Positions 7,289 to 14,748 of a stretch of DNA of 41,628 nucleotides are shown piece by piece. The translations under genes were made by a program, and so were the position numbers. This DNA is from a virus. The notes under the pieces are model-generated. The model searched no databases, was not told the DNA's origin, and was given only the letters and a program-made list of their open reading frames with translations. Each line of letters opens with the position of its first letter. Position 1 is the first letter of the stretch. The DNA lies in the IMG/VR virus record IMGVR_UViG_3300019468_000010. One strand, given 5' to 3'.

Positions 7289-7702
7289 CTATTTGTCGAT
7301 GTAATCACTAATGCGGTATTTCTTTGTTTCAAAAACCACCCATGCATTATTTTCAAACCCATATTTCTTCTCCCATGCTCGAAATACTTTTGTTAGTTCT
7401 TCGCTTAGTTCGTCAATATGCTCTTTCTTCGCATCGTTCAAGTAATCGTCCGACAATTCTTTAATTTCATCATCCATGTCATATTCAATTAAATTCCAAA
7501 GTACTCGTTCACTATCAATCTCTGGAACATAACGATAAGGATGTCCAACACGTACCCATTCAATATCACGATTGCGAGCAACATCGCCAAAATAACTGAT
7601 GTATTCTAAATAATCCGCTATTGCATCTTTAATACTATCTTGCGGTTCGCCAGCTTTTCCGTTATCAACCCAGCAATATTTTGTTTTATCTTCAACTAAC
7701 AT
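7289..7702 (-). CDS. Hypothetical acidic protein
   Basis: 137-aa ORF in the operon, rich in D/E. No motif recognised. Confidence 0.6.
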   Translation of the reverse strand: MLVEDKTKYCWVDNGKAGEPQDSIKDAIADYLEYISYFGDVARNRDIEWVRVGHPYRYVPEIDSERVLWNLIEYDMDDEIKELSDDYLNDAKKEHIDELSEELTKVFRAWEKKYGFENNAWVVFETKKYRISDYIDK

Positions 7703-7704
7703 TT

Positions 7705-7881
7705 TTATTCCTCTAATTCTTCAACCTCTACTTCATTAATCCAATCATTCATATCACCATCATCTACATCTTCTGCAAGTTCAATTACATTAGCTTGTTG
7801 TACAGCGACTTCATAACTTTCACACTCTACAATTTTTGAAAACCCAATTTTTACATAGCCAGTAATTTTAAATTCTTTCAT
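7705..7881 (-). CDS. Small highly acidic protein (58 aa, below the ORF-track cutoff)
   Basis: Manual translation gives MKEFKITGYVKIGFSKIVECESYEVAVQQANVIELAEDVDDGDMNDWINEVEVEELEE. Strong AGAGGTG RBS, and the ORF fills the gap between SSB and the next gene. Confidence 0.55.
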   Translation of the reverse strand: MKEFKITGYVKIGFSKIVECESYEVAVQQANVIELAEDVDDGDMNDWINEVEVEELEE

Positions 7882-7892
7882 ATCATCACCTC

Positions 7893-8279
7893 TTAGAACG
7901 GAATATTTTCATTTTGCGGTTGCTCAAAACTGTCAAAGTTACTAGCAGTATCAAAACCGCCATCAAGCTTTCTCCCTACAAAGTCGGCTACCACTTCCGT
8001 AACGTATCGTTTCTGCCCATCTTGCGTATCGTAAGACCGAGTTTGAATACGGCCATTTACAAGCAACCTTTCTCCTTTCTTGCAGTTTCCAACGGCTTCG
8101 CCATTCTTGCCCCATGCTACGCAATTGATAAAAGCAGTTTGTTCTTTTGTTTCGTTGGTTGTAGAGTCAATATAAGTATTCGTAGCAGCTACTGTGAAAG
8201 TCGCTACGGCTCTACCTGTTTTTGTAAAACGTAATTCTGGATCACGTGCTAGATTGCCTAGAATTTGTACACTATTCAT
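7893..8279 (-). CDS. ssb: Single-stranded DNA-binding protein
   Basis: OB-fold N-terminus MNSVQILGNLARDPELRFT..G.AVATFTVA and an acidic C-terminal tip NENIPF. Confidence 0.9.
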   Translation of the reverse strand: MNSVQILGNLARDPELRFTKTGRAVATFTVAATNTYIDSTTNETKEQTAFINCVAWGKNGEAVGNCKKGERLLVNGRIQTRSYDTQDGQKRYVTEVVADFVGRKLDGGFDTASNFDSFEQPQNENIPF

Positions 8280-8458
8280 TAAATTAACTTCCTTTCAATA
8301 TTAATCTTGCCTTTGTATGTTCTTATCATGTCATGCATACACTCAAACTCTTTTGCGTTCGCTTTCATTAACATTGACATTTGCTCTGTTGCTTCCTGCT
8401 CAGTTTCCACATTGAGTGGTATTTCGATTAGGATTGTCATCTTGTGTTTTTTCTTCAT
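8279..8458 (-). CDS. Small hypothetical protein (59 aa, below the ORF-track cutoff)
   Basis: Manual translation gives MKKKHKMTILIEIPLNVETEQEATEQMSMLMKANAKEFECMHDMIRTYKGKINIERKLI. Its stop overlaps the ssb start (TAATG). The RBS is weak. Confidence 0.4.
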   Translation of the reverse strand: MKKKHKMTILIEIPLNVETEQEATEQMSMLMKANAKEFECMHDMIRTYKGKINIERKLI

Positions 8459-8460
8459 TC

Positions 8461-8679
8461 CTAGTACTCACTTATATAATTCGGTTCTACGTTGCACTCA
8501 TCAACACTCACATCGTAGCTAGGGTGAATGTGGCAATCGACTGTTGCCTCATCACGCATGATTTCAAGTAGGTTATCGATTTTCACTCTAGCCTGTTCTT
8601 CGCTAGTCGCTAGCATTGTAAAGCTAACATTGAATGATACATTCACGCTGACTTCAAACGGTTTAATTCGTTCTTTCAT
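8461..8679 (-). CDS. Hypothetical protein
   Basis: 72-aa ORF abutting the upstream gene. Confidence 0.5.
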   Translation of the reverse strand: MKERIKPFEVSVNVSFNVSFTMLATSEEQARVKIDNLLEIMRDEATVDCHIHPSYDVSVDECNVEPNYISEY

Positions 8680-9360
8680 CTATCCACCTATTGCCTGTTT
8701 TAACAACGCTTTACCTTTATCAGATATTTTGCTTTTGTTGATTATTTCTGTTACATCTACTGGTTCTTTTGCCACTTCTACCAAGTTACCTGTACGTGTC
8801 ATTTCAATTTGCTTTTGACCTGCACTTATCAATGATTTTTCATGTTCCGCCTTTTCTCGTGCTTTCAATAATAGGTGATTATCCTTTATTGAATTTGCCA
8901 TACGTTGGCGGTGTTTCTCACGATCCATTAATTGCTCATAGCATTTAATAAACTGTGCCCTGCAACTTGCCTCATTATATTCATGGCCCATTCTAGGGTC
9001 GAACGATGACCATATCGGTTTTGCAGCTTGTAAGGTTATCCCCTCTAAATGCTCCTTTCCATTGTCATAACCATAAGTGCCTGCTACTTTGATTACTTTC
9101 TCCCATGCAGTTTGTGCAGTTTCCACTTCATCATGCATATTCACATATGCACTTAACGCTGTACATTCTTCACGTATCTCTGCAATCGTTGGCAAAAACT
9201 TACATTTATTAATCAAGTTAGCTACCGCTTGTTCCAGCGTTACAGGATTAATATTGCCAAGCATCGTTACGTACAATTTCATACGTTCAACTGACATATC
9301 AGTACTGTACGCTAGCTGTAACATCGATAGTGCTTTCACTATCTGTTGTTGATTGTTCAT
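8680..9360 (-). CDS. Putative helicase loader (G39P-like N-terminal domain)
   Basis: The segment ALSMLQLAYSTDMSVERMKLYVTMLGNINPVTLEQAVANLINKCKFLPTIAEIRE resembles the G39P loader family. It lies directly after the replisome organizer. The start is taken at the ATG at 9360, with an alternative GTG at 9378. Confidence 0.45.
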   Translation of the reverse strand: MNNQQQIVKALSMLQLAYSTDMSVERMKLYVTMLGNINPVTLEQAVANLINKCKFLPTIAEIREECTALSAYVNMHDEVETAQTAWEKVIKVAGTYGYDNGKEHLEGITLQAAKPIWSSFDPRMGHEYNEASCRAQFIKCYEQLMDREKHRQRMANSIKDNHLLLKAREKAEHEKSLISAGQKQIEMTRTGNLVEVAKEPVDVTEIINKSKISDKGKALLKQAIGG

Positions 9361-10120
9361 CTTCACCCCCATATTCACGCATCAATTTATTAACAACATC
9401 TATTGCGTTTTGCTTATTGCTCTTTGCAGGTTTGTTATAGTTATTCTTCTCCCAAGTTCTAACTGCTGCTTTCCAATCTTTCATAGCGTTCTTTCCTACT
9501 TTCCAGCCATTGCTTTCGTAGTAGTCATAGAATTGTTCAGCGTTTACATTATTATTGCGTTCAAGACAATACTGTGTAATTTGAGATAGAGTAGGTTTTT
9601 CAAAACGCTTGCGTTTTGTTGTAGTGCTTTTTGCACTACTATGTATCTCTTTCTCTATCTCTATATCTTTCTCTAACTCTATCTCTATCTCTGGTGGAGA
9701 TTTCTCGGAGATTTGTCGGAGATTTGTCCGGACATTTGTCCTATCTATTTCTATTCGTTGTCTATATTCACGCTTTCTGTCGGCTTCGCTACTTCCTTTA
9801 CCTATGAAATTTTGAATGTCTAGCATATAAATTGCACCATTATCCAACACATCAATAAGTCCTAAATCTTTAAAAACAGATAACGCTTGTTTGATTGTGC
9901 CTACTTGATGTCCTGTTACGCTCGCTAACATATCCGCACTATACGGAATACGTTCGTTTACTACTAACTTTCCGTCATTCTTTAGGCTTCGTAAGTAGAG
10001 TTTTAAAAGAATATTACTGTACAAGTAGCCATCTTTCATGCTTTCTAATATCTTCAACTCATCACTGTCAAAGAAATTATCTTTCAGCCGTAGATAGTAA
10101 TACTTTTTGTTGTCGCTCAT
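9299..10120 (-). CDS. Phage replisome organizer (Phage_rep_org_N plus a DnaD-like C-terminal domain)
   Basis: N-terminus KKYYYLRLKDNFFDSDELKILESMKDGYLYSNILLKLYL. C-terminus LSQITQYCLERNNNVNAEQFYDYYESNGWKVGKNAMKDWKAAVRTWEKN. Confidence 0.8.
   Translation of the reverse strand: MSDNKKYYYLRLKDNFFDSDELKILESMKDGYLYSNILLKLYLRSLKNDGKLVVNERIPYSADMLASVTGHQVGTIKQALSVFKDLGLIDVLDNGAIYMLDIQNFIGKGSSEADRKREYRQRIEIDRTNVRTNLRQISEKSPPEIEIELEKDIEIEKEIHSSAKSTTTKRKRFEKPTLSQITQYCLERNNNVNAEQFYDYYESNGWKVGKNAMKDWKAAVRTWEKNNYNKPAKSNKQNAIDVVNKLMREYGGEDEQSTTDSESTIDVTASVQY
9696..9741. repeat. Four tandem 11-12-bp iterons (GGAGATTTCTC, GGAGATTTGTC, GGAGATTTGTCC, GGACATTTGTCC) inside the replisome organizer gene. Candidate ori.
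   Basis: Read directly. They are preceded by a CTCTATCTCT-type repeat tract at about 9640-9692. Confidence 0.6.
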
Positions 10121-10130
10121 AGGCTAGTCC

Positions 10131-10373
10131 TTATAGATAGCTGGTAGTTTGTTTGATGAGTTTATCAACATCAAAACCATTAATCTTTGTCAAAGTCTTA
10201 CCACATCTAACACTTCTTGTTTTTGCGATTACATCCAGTACATCTTTTAACTCGTTGATTTCTTTTTGATTAACTTTATATTCGCCATTTTCACGTTCTA
10301 GAATTTCAATACGCTTTCTTACATATAGTTCAACTACATCAATTCTCTTCATATCGTTTTGTCCTTTCTTCAA
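10131..10373 (-). CDS. Hypothetical protein. Start may be the ATG at 10352.
   Basis: ORF in the operon with a coiled-coil-like N-terminal half. Confidence 0.55.
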   Translation of the reverse strand: MKKGQNDMKRIDVVELYVRKRIEILERENGEYKVNQKEINELKDVLDVIAKTRSVRCGKTLTKINGFDVDKLIKQTTSYL

Positions 10374-10641
10374 TGATCGCTTCTAGCTTTCTTTTTGTTT
10401 CTTTTGCAAATACTCCATGTGCTAAATTTTCATGGCAATATCTGCACAAACAAGCTAAATTGGTTAATTCACTCGTACCGCCTCTACCTCTAGGCAATAT
10501 GTGATGCACTTCCGTTGCAGGTGCGCCACATATTACGCAACATGGATAGCCATCTATACTGTCTCGTTCGATAGCTTTAGGTCTTGTAATTTTGTAGAGT
10601 TTGTCATCAAGTCTTTTTTTCCTGTTCATTTCCCCACCCAT
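10339..10641 (-). CDS. HNH endonuclease
   Basis: CCVICGAPATEVHHILPRGRGGTSELTNLACLCRYCHENLAHG. Confidence 0.85.
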   Translation of the reverse strand: MGGEMNRKKRLDDKLYKITRPKAIERDSIDGYPCCVICGAPATEVHHILPRGRGGTSELTNLACLCRYCHENLAHGVFAKETKRKLEAIIEERTKRYEEN

Positions 10642-11161
10642 CTATAAGTGATTTGATATATTCGCTTGGCTCTAATGGAATATCTAGTTGATGACATTCA
10701 TCAACCAAACATTCTATTAAGCGTTGCATCTCTTCAACGTTGTATACTGATGACCCTTTGTATAGATGAACCACATATACACCTTGTACTTTTGCACTTG
10801 CTCCCATATCATCTGCGAACCATCCAATACCTTGCTTGCTCCAACTTGCTATTGCATCGTCTTTATCTTGTTCGGTAAAGCCAGCGGTTATGAATATTCC
10901 ACAATCTCTAATAGCTTTTTTGTACACATCTTCTTTTGATGTGTAACCATTTTTACTTAACTCTTTGGCTATTTTTTGGCATAACACCCAACAATATGAG
11001 TTAGCATTTAGGCTACGTTGTTTACTTTTCTTTTTGATTTCAACAACGTATTCTTTGTCAGCAGTAATCTTTGACAAATCATTGTCATGTGGTGCAGGTA
11101 TTACTACCATTACACCTAACGGACTTCTTAATAATTCGATGTTATTTGTTGTCCACTTCAT
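10607..11161 (-). CDS. NinB/Orf-like recombination mediator
   Basis: KQRSLNANSYCWVLCQKIA parallels lambda NinB RSLDQNRKLWACLGDVS. The later segment GSSVYNVEEMQRLIECLVDE parallels STSRMRVGEFAELLELI. Confidence 0.55.
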   Translation of the reverse strand: MKWTTNNIELLRSPLGVMVVIPAPHDNDLSKITADKEYVVEIKKKSKQRSLNANSYCWVLCQKIAKELSKNGYTSKEDVYKKAIRDCGIFITAGFTEQDKDDAIASWSKQGIGWFADDMGASAKVQGVYVVHLYKGSSVYNVEEMQRLIECLVDECHQLDIPLEPSEYIKSLIDGWGNEQEKKT

Positions 11162-11783
11162 AACCTTTTACCCAGTCATAAAGCATAGACATTTGGTCTC
11201 TCGTAATGTTATCGATAACACACATTCCAAACATTTTAGTCGCTTGTTGTGCTACTTGTTCTGCACTCACCCCATGTTCACTTGCCATTTTCAAAACAAT
11301 TCCATATGCATTGTGTGGATCAAATTCTTTTTCTTTCCGTTCTTTTTCTGCTGCTGCATTTATTTTTGTATCTTGCAATCCTCTATATACATCAGCACCT
11401 ACACCAATCATTTTTGCTGCAGTACCTAATGCATCAGTAACAGCCATCTTAAAGGCTTCATCGTTGCCGTGAAAACCATTTTTATCTTTGTAGATTAAGA
11501 AATCTCCACCATATCCAGGAATTGGTTCACTCCATTCATCACCATCTTTGATGTATAGATTTACCAATACATACAACATAGTTTCTTTGGTTTCTTCGAC
11601 TGGTACTTGTTGAGTACTAACAATTTCAAACCTCCAACCAATTCCGCACATACCATATGTTTCGGTTAAAATTTCCCATCGCCATTGAGGAGAAATATCA
11701 TATTTTCCTTTAAGCCTCCCAAAGTCAATTACCTTTAACGCTGATTGCGGTACAGTTTTTACCGCATTATATCTACTATCCAT
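11142..11783 (-). CDS. Single-strand annealing protein (Rad52/Sak-like)
   Basis: NDEAFKMAVTDALGTAAKMIGVGADVY resembles the Rad52-family K-x-A-x-TDA...G-x-G...Y motif. It lies between the DUF1351-like and NinB-like genes. Confidence 0.5.
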   Translation of the reverse strand: MDSRYNAVKTVPQSALKVIDFGRLKGKYDISPQWRWEILTETYGMCGIGWRFEIVSTQQVPVEETKETMLYVLVNLYIKDGDEWSEPIPGYGGDFLIYKDKNGFHGNDEAFKMAVTDALGTAAKMIGVGADVYRGLQDTKINAAAEKERKEKEFDPHNAYGIVLKMASEHGVSAEQVAQQATKMFGMCVIDNITRDQMSMLYDWVKGYEVDNK

Positions 11784-12647
11784 CTATACCTCTTTGTACT
11801 TATAACCACGCATTTCTAAGAAATCAGTCAAATCTTTTACATTATCTTCCGTTAAGTCATAAACAGTTACTGTAAAACCAGTTTTAGTTTCTACAACTTC
11901 GATTGTTTCAACTGTTTCATTTGTGATACTTGCTCGTGCAGCCTCTTCCATTTCATTGCGTTCAGCAAATTTTGCATTGATAAATTCTCTAGCTTGATCT
12001 AGTGGCATATCTTTTACTACAGGCCAGCACTCGTTAAAAGTAATCGGTGTGGCTAATTCGTATTGTTGATTGCAAGTATCAACAACAAATTCAATCATTC
12101 CTTTTTTCTCTGCTAGAATTTGTTGGTAATCGTCATCTGCTTGTTGTCGCTTTGCAATTTCAATCATCATTCCCTCAATAGAGATTTCAATATCTTTCAT
12201 CTTTGCAGTTTTATTCAACCAACGTTTATCACGTTGTAGTTGTTCTGCATATTCTGCACGAACGTTATACTTTTCAACCATCTTTTCAATAAACTTGTTG
12301 ATGGTTTCTGTTTTTGCTTGTACTTCTTTTTCGTCAAAGTATTTAATTTGTTCTGCGAGTGGCTTTTCTGCATCGTAAACAACTTTCAATACTTCATTTA
12401 CTTCTTCCTCAAACAGTTCAATAGGTCTTTTGAGTTCTCGTTTTTTCTCTTTACAGAATTTATCAAGCGTTGTTCTATACTTAACGATTTCATTTTTAGC
12501 ACTTACCATGTCCTTATAGTTTTCTTCTGTTACTACAAGTCCTTTATACTTTTCTAGTTGTGCTTCAAAATATGTTTTGATTTCGTCTTTGTTCCATTTG
12601 AATACTTGTTCGTTTCGACTAACAATCGGTGTTAAATTAATTTCCAT
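11784..12647 (-). CDS. DUF1351-like protein (the usual partner of phage annealing proteins)
   Basis: Size, helical K/E-rich composition and position immediately upstream of the annealing protein. Confidence 0.4.
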   Translation of the reverse strand: MEINLTPIVSRNEQVFKWNKDEIKTYFEAQLEKYKGLVVTEENYKDMVSAKNEIVKYRTTLDKFCKEKKRELKRPIELFEEEVNEVLKVVYDAEKPLAEQIKYFDEKEVQAKTETINKFIEKMVEKYNVRAEYAEQLQRDKRWLNKTAKMKDIEISIEGMMIEIAKRQQADDDYQQILAEKKGMIEFVVDTCNQQYELATPITFNECWPVVKDMPLDQAREFINAKFAERNEMEEAARASITNETVETIEVVETKTGFTVTVYDLTEDNVKDLTDFLEMRGYKYKEV

Positions 12648-12724
12648 TTATTTCTCCTTGTGTTAAAATACAAGTAGAGATATTTCACATACTCTCTACT
12701 CGCACGCTTATGGCTTTGGTCGGT

Positions 12725-12898
12725 CTAGCGTGCTTTTTTTATTTCTCTTACCCAGAAATTGGATAAGATTAACAGCGTTACCCCTAACGCAATTTGTAAA
12801 AACCCTGTATATCCATCTATTTTTTCTAGTTCAACAGAACCCATTGAACCAGATATAAGAATTACGGATATAATTCTTACTAACCAAATAAACTTCAT
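12725..12898 (-). CDS. Small two-TM membrane protein (57 aa, below the ORF-track cutoff)
   Basis: Manual translation gives MKFIWLVRIISVILISGSMGSVELEKIDGYTGFLQIALGVTLLILSNFWVREIKKAR. Its ATG overlaps the upstream stop (TAATG). Confidence 0.45.
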   Translation of the reverse strand: MKFIWLVRIISVILISGSMGSVELEKIDGYTGFLQIALGVTLLILSNFWVREIKKAR

Positions 12899-13194
12899 TA
12901 CAAATCCTTTCCAACTATCACTAGCATTTGGCTGGTGATTTTTTTGATTTCACTTTTCAAACGATTGTTTTCTTTTTCCAATCGTTCCACTTCGTTTTTT
13001 AACTTTCTGTAACCAATAGCCGAGTATTCGCTTTCAACTCCTGCTAGTGCTTCAACCTCTTTTTTACTAAATCTCACACCGCTTACATTCGGTAGTTGTT
13101 TTAGCTTGCCTTTATTTCTTAGGTCGTATACTGCAGTTAGTGAAATTTGAAATAGTTCCGCTACTTGGTTAGCCGTGTATACTAGGCTCTCCAT
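12898..13194 (-). CDS. Excisionase/MerR-type HTH protein with a C-terminal coiled coil
   Basis: YTANQVAELFQISLTAVYDLRNKGKL...VRFSKKEVEAL is HTH_17-like and is followed by a heptad-rich tail. Confidence 0.5.
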   Translation of the reverse strand: MESLVYTANQVAELFQISLTAVYDLRNKGKLKQLPNVSGVRFSKKEVEALAGVESEYSAIGYRKLKNEVERLEKENNRLKSEIKKITSQMLVIVGKDL

Positions 13195-13421
13195 CGCTTT
13201 TCATTCCTTGCGTGTAAATCAGCAGTTCTAGCTAACTTTACCCAAGATAGAATAATTTTCTTATTCCATCTGGATTTGTTTCTTAACGGCCATTTTTTCT
13301 TGATGAGTTTCCGCCAGTATTGGCCATATTCATCATTCCGACCAGCCCATCCAAATCTTGTGGATGTTTGTCCGTATCGTTTGTTGGCTAGTTTTAGATC
13401 CGCTTGATTTTGTACTAGCAT
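13182..13421 (-). CDS. Small very basic, Trp-rich hypothetical protein
   Basis: GAGGTG RBS 7 nt before the ATG at 13421. Confidence 0.55.
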   Translation of the reverse strand: MLVQNQADLKLANKRYGQTSTRFGWAGRNDEYGQYWRKLIKKKWPLRNKSRWNKKIILSWVKLARTADLHARNEKRWRA

Positions 13422-13439
13422 CTAATCACCTCTTCAAAA

Positions 13440-13456
13440 TTACATTTAAACTGTAA
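13440..13456. promoter_or_regulatory. Operator-like site O3 (TTACATTTAAACTGTAA) between the cro-like gene and the next gene
   Basis: It matches O1 at 15 of 17 positions. Confidence 0.5.
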
Positions 13457-13461
13457 CTCTT

Positions 13462-13674
13462 TTACAAAAAAATAATCTTGTGGTACGGAACCTCATAAAG
13501 TTTTTCAATCTTTTTTAGCACATGTACATCTGGGGATGATTTTCCTTTTTCATAATTCATCAACGTATATTCGCTAATACCTAGCATTTCCGCTGCTTTC
13601 TTTTGTGTCAAACCCTTATTTACTCGTGCTGCTTTTAATGTAATTCCATCTTGTACAAAGATTTGTTGGTTCAA
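13462..13674 (-). CDS. Cro-like XRE-family HTH regulator (TTG start)
   Basis: LKAARVNKGLTQKKAAEMLGISEYTLMNYEKGKSSP. It is divergent from the repressor gene, with a GAGGTG RBS. Confidence 0.8.
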   Translation of the reverse strand: MNQQIFVQDGITLKAARVNKGLTQKKAAEMLGISEYTLMNYEKGKSSPDVHVLKKIEKLYEVPYHKIIFL

Positions 13675-13706
13675 TTTATCACCTCACTTTCCCTTTCGTT
13701 GATTGT

Positions 13707-13735
13707 ATTGTATTACAGTTTAACTGTAATGTCAA
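13707..13735 (-). promoter_or_regulatory. Early lytic promoter (PR-like): TTGACA - 17 bp - TACAAT
   Basis: Read on the minus strand. The -35 is at 13735-13730 and the -10 at 13712-13707, and the whole spacer is operator O1. Confidence 0.7.
13712..13730. promoter_or_regulatory. Operator O1: perfect 9-bp inverted repeat ATTACAGTT-T-AACTGTAAT
   Basis: Read directly. It fills the PR spacer. Confidence 0.75.
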
Positions 13736-13749
13736 CAGTTTTTCTGTAA
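13733..13749. promoter_or_regulatory. Operator O2 (CAACAGTTTTTCTGTAA). Core ACAG-N5-CTGT, centred 20 bp from O1.
   Basis: It matches O1 at 13 of 17 positions and overlaps the PR -35. Confidence 0.55.
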
Positions 13750-13765
13750 ATTCCTAAAAAAATAT

Positions 13766-13794
13766 TTGATTTTTTTGCAGTTTAAATATATTAT
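13766..13794 (+). promoter_or_regulatory. Repressor promoter (PRM-like): TTGATT - 17 bp - TATTAT
   Basis: Read directly. The spacer contains an operator half-site, TTGCAGTTTAA. Confidence 0.5.
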
Positions 13795-13838
13795 ATAAAT
13801 AACAACAAAAATTTTAAAATTATAATGAGGTGAATATA

Positions 13839-14222
13839 ATGAGTGATTTAGGCAATAGAGAGATATTCTCCAAGAATTTACAGTACTATATGAACCTATA
13901 TAACAAAACTAGAATACAAGTTGCAAAAGATATTGGTGTTTCTTACACCACATTTACAAGTTGGATTAAAGGTACTAACTATCCTCGTATAGATAAGATA
14001 GAATTACTTGCTAATTATTTTAGAGTAAATAAAGCTGACTTAATAGAAAATAAATACTCTGAAAACGAACAGTACTATAATGATCCGTCTGTATCGGAAT
14101 ACGCACAAGCAATAAAAGATAATCCTGATTTACGTTTATTATTCGATGCAAGTAAAGATATGTCCAAAGATGATATTAACTTTGTAATTAATACTATAGA
14201 AATGTTAAAGAAAAGAGGTTAA
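13839..14222 (+). CDS. CI/ImmR-like XRE-family repressor
   Basis: FSKNLQYYMNLYNKTRIQVAKDIGVSYTTFTSWIKGTNYPRIDKIELLANYF. GAGGTG RBS 5 nt before the ATG at 13839 (the ORF track starts at a GTG at 13830). Confidence 0.85.
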   Translation: MSDLGNREIFSKNLQYYMNLYNKTRIQVAKDIGVSYTTFTSWIKGTNYPRIDKIELLANYFRVNKADLIENKYSENEQYYNDPSVSEYAQAIKDNPDLRLLFDASKDMSKDDINFVINTIEMLKKRG

Positions 14223-14226
14223 TAAC

Positions 14227-14448
14227 ATGCCTAACTACGAACCTATAATTACTTCATGCATTCAAGAAATGCAAGCAATGGCTCTTATCGTATCTTCTGT
14301 TTCTATTGTTTTTGCTATAACATTATATGTTTTTACACATAATGGTTATATTTCTTTATCGTTACCATTCATTACAAATGCAGTTTTATTAAAAATATTT
14401 ACCGATTACGTAAACAAAAATATGTGTAAAAAATTCCATGTTGAATAA
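14227..14448 (+). CDS. Small two-TM membrane protein in the lysogeny operon (superinfection-exclusion candidate)
   Basis: AGAGGT RBS and two hydrophobic segments (MALIVSSVSIVFAITLYVF and ISLSLPFITNAVLLKIF). Confidence 0.6.
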   Translation: MPNYEPIITSCIQEMQAMALIVSSVSIVFAITLYVFTHNGYISLSLPFITNAVLLKIFTDYVNKNMCKKFHVE

Positions 14449-14479
14449 TATACAATAACCCTACAAAGGGGATGATAGT

Positions 14480-14740
14480 ATGAACATCAATTTGATATAT
14501 ATAAAGCTACGGAAAACACAAACTGCGGTATTAAAACTAAACGATGATGGTACTTACACCATTCTCGTTAATAGTGATAAACCTATTGATGTACAACGTA
14601 AAGGTATACTACATGAGATAGGTCATATATTAAACGATGATATGTACAGTCATGCACACATTGATTTATTGGAACGCATGGCTCATGCAAGGCAATTTGA
14701 CGATGTAGAGGGTATTAACTTTTACACACACATCATATGA
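14480..14740 (+). CDS. Miniature ImmA/IrrE-like zinc metallopeptidase (86 aa)
   Basis: HEIGHIL HExxH motif in the same operon as the XRE repressor. AAAGGGGA RBS. Confidence 0.6.
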   Translation: MNINLIYIKLRKTQTAVLKLNDDGTYTILVNSDKPIDVQRKGILHEIGHILNDDMYSHAHIDLLERMAHARQFDDVEGINFYTHII

Positions 14741-14748
14741 GGTGAATT

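Noticed and set aside
12702-12740. A hairpin GCACGCT-N18-AGCGTGC followed by T7 on the plus strand, as a terminator
   Set aside because: It is oriented for plus-strand transcripts but no plus-strand gene is upstream. It has an 18-nt loop and overlaps the stop of a minus-strand small ORF. An adjacent AGTAGAGA-N12-TCTCTACT hairpin (12673-12700) is also unexplained. Both are recorded but not called.
13182-13421. The basic 79-aa ORF as a spurious overlap artefact
   Set aside because: It has a GAGGTG RBS at ideal spacing and sits in the operon, so it was kept as a CDS. No function could be assigned.
14480-14740. The 86-aa HExxH protein as a toxin or standalone virulence protease
   Set aside because: Its operon context, with an XRE repressor and integrase, fits an ImmA-like anti-repressor protease much better.
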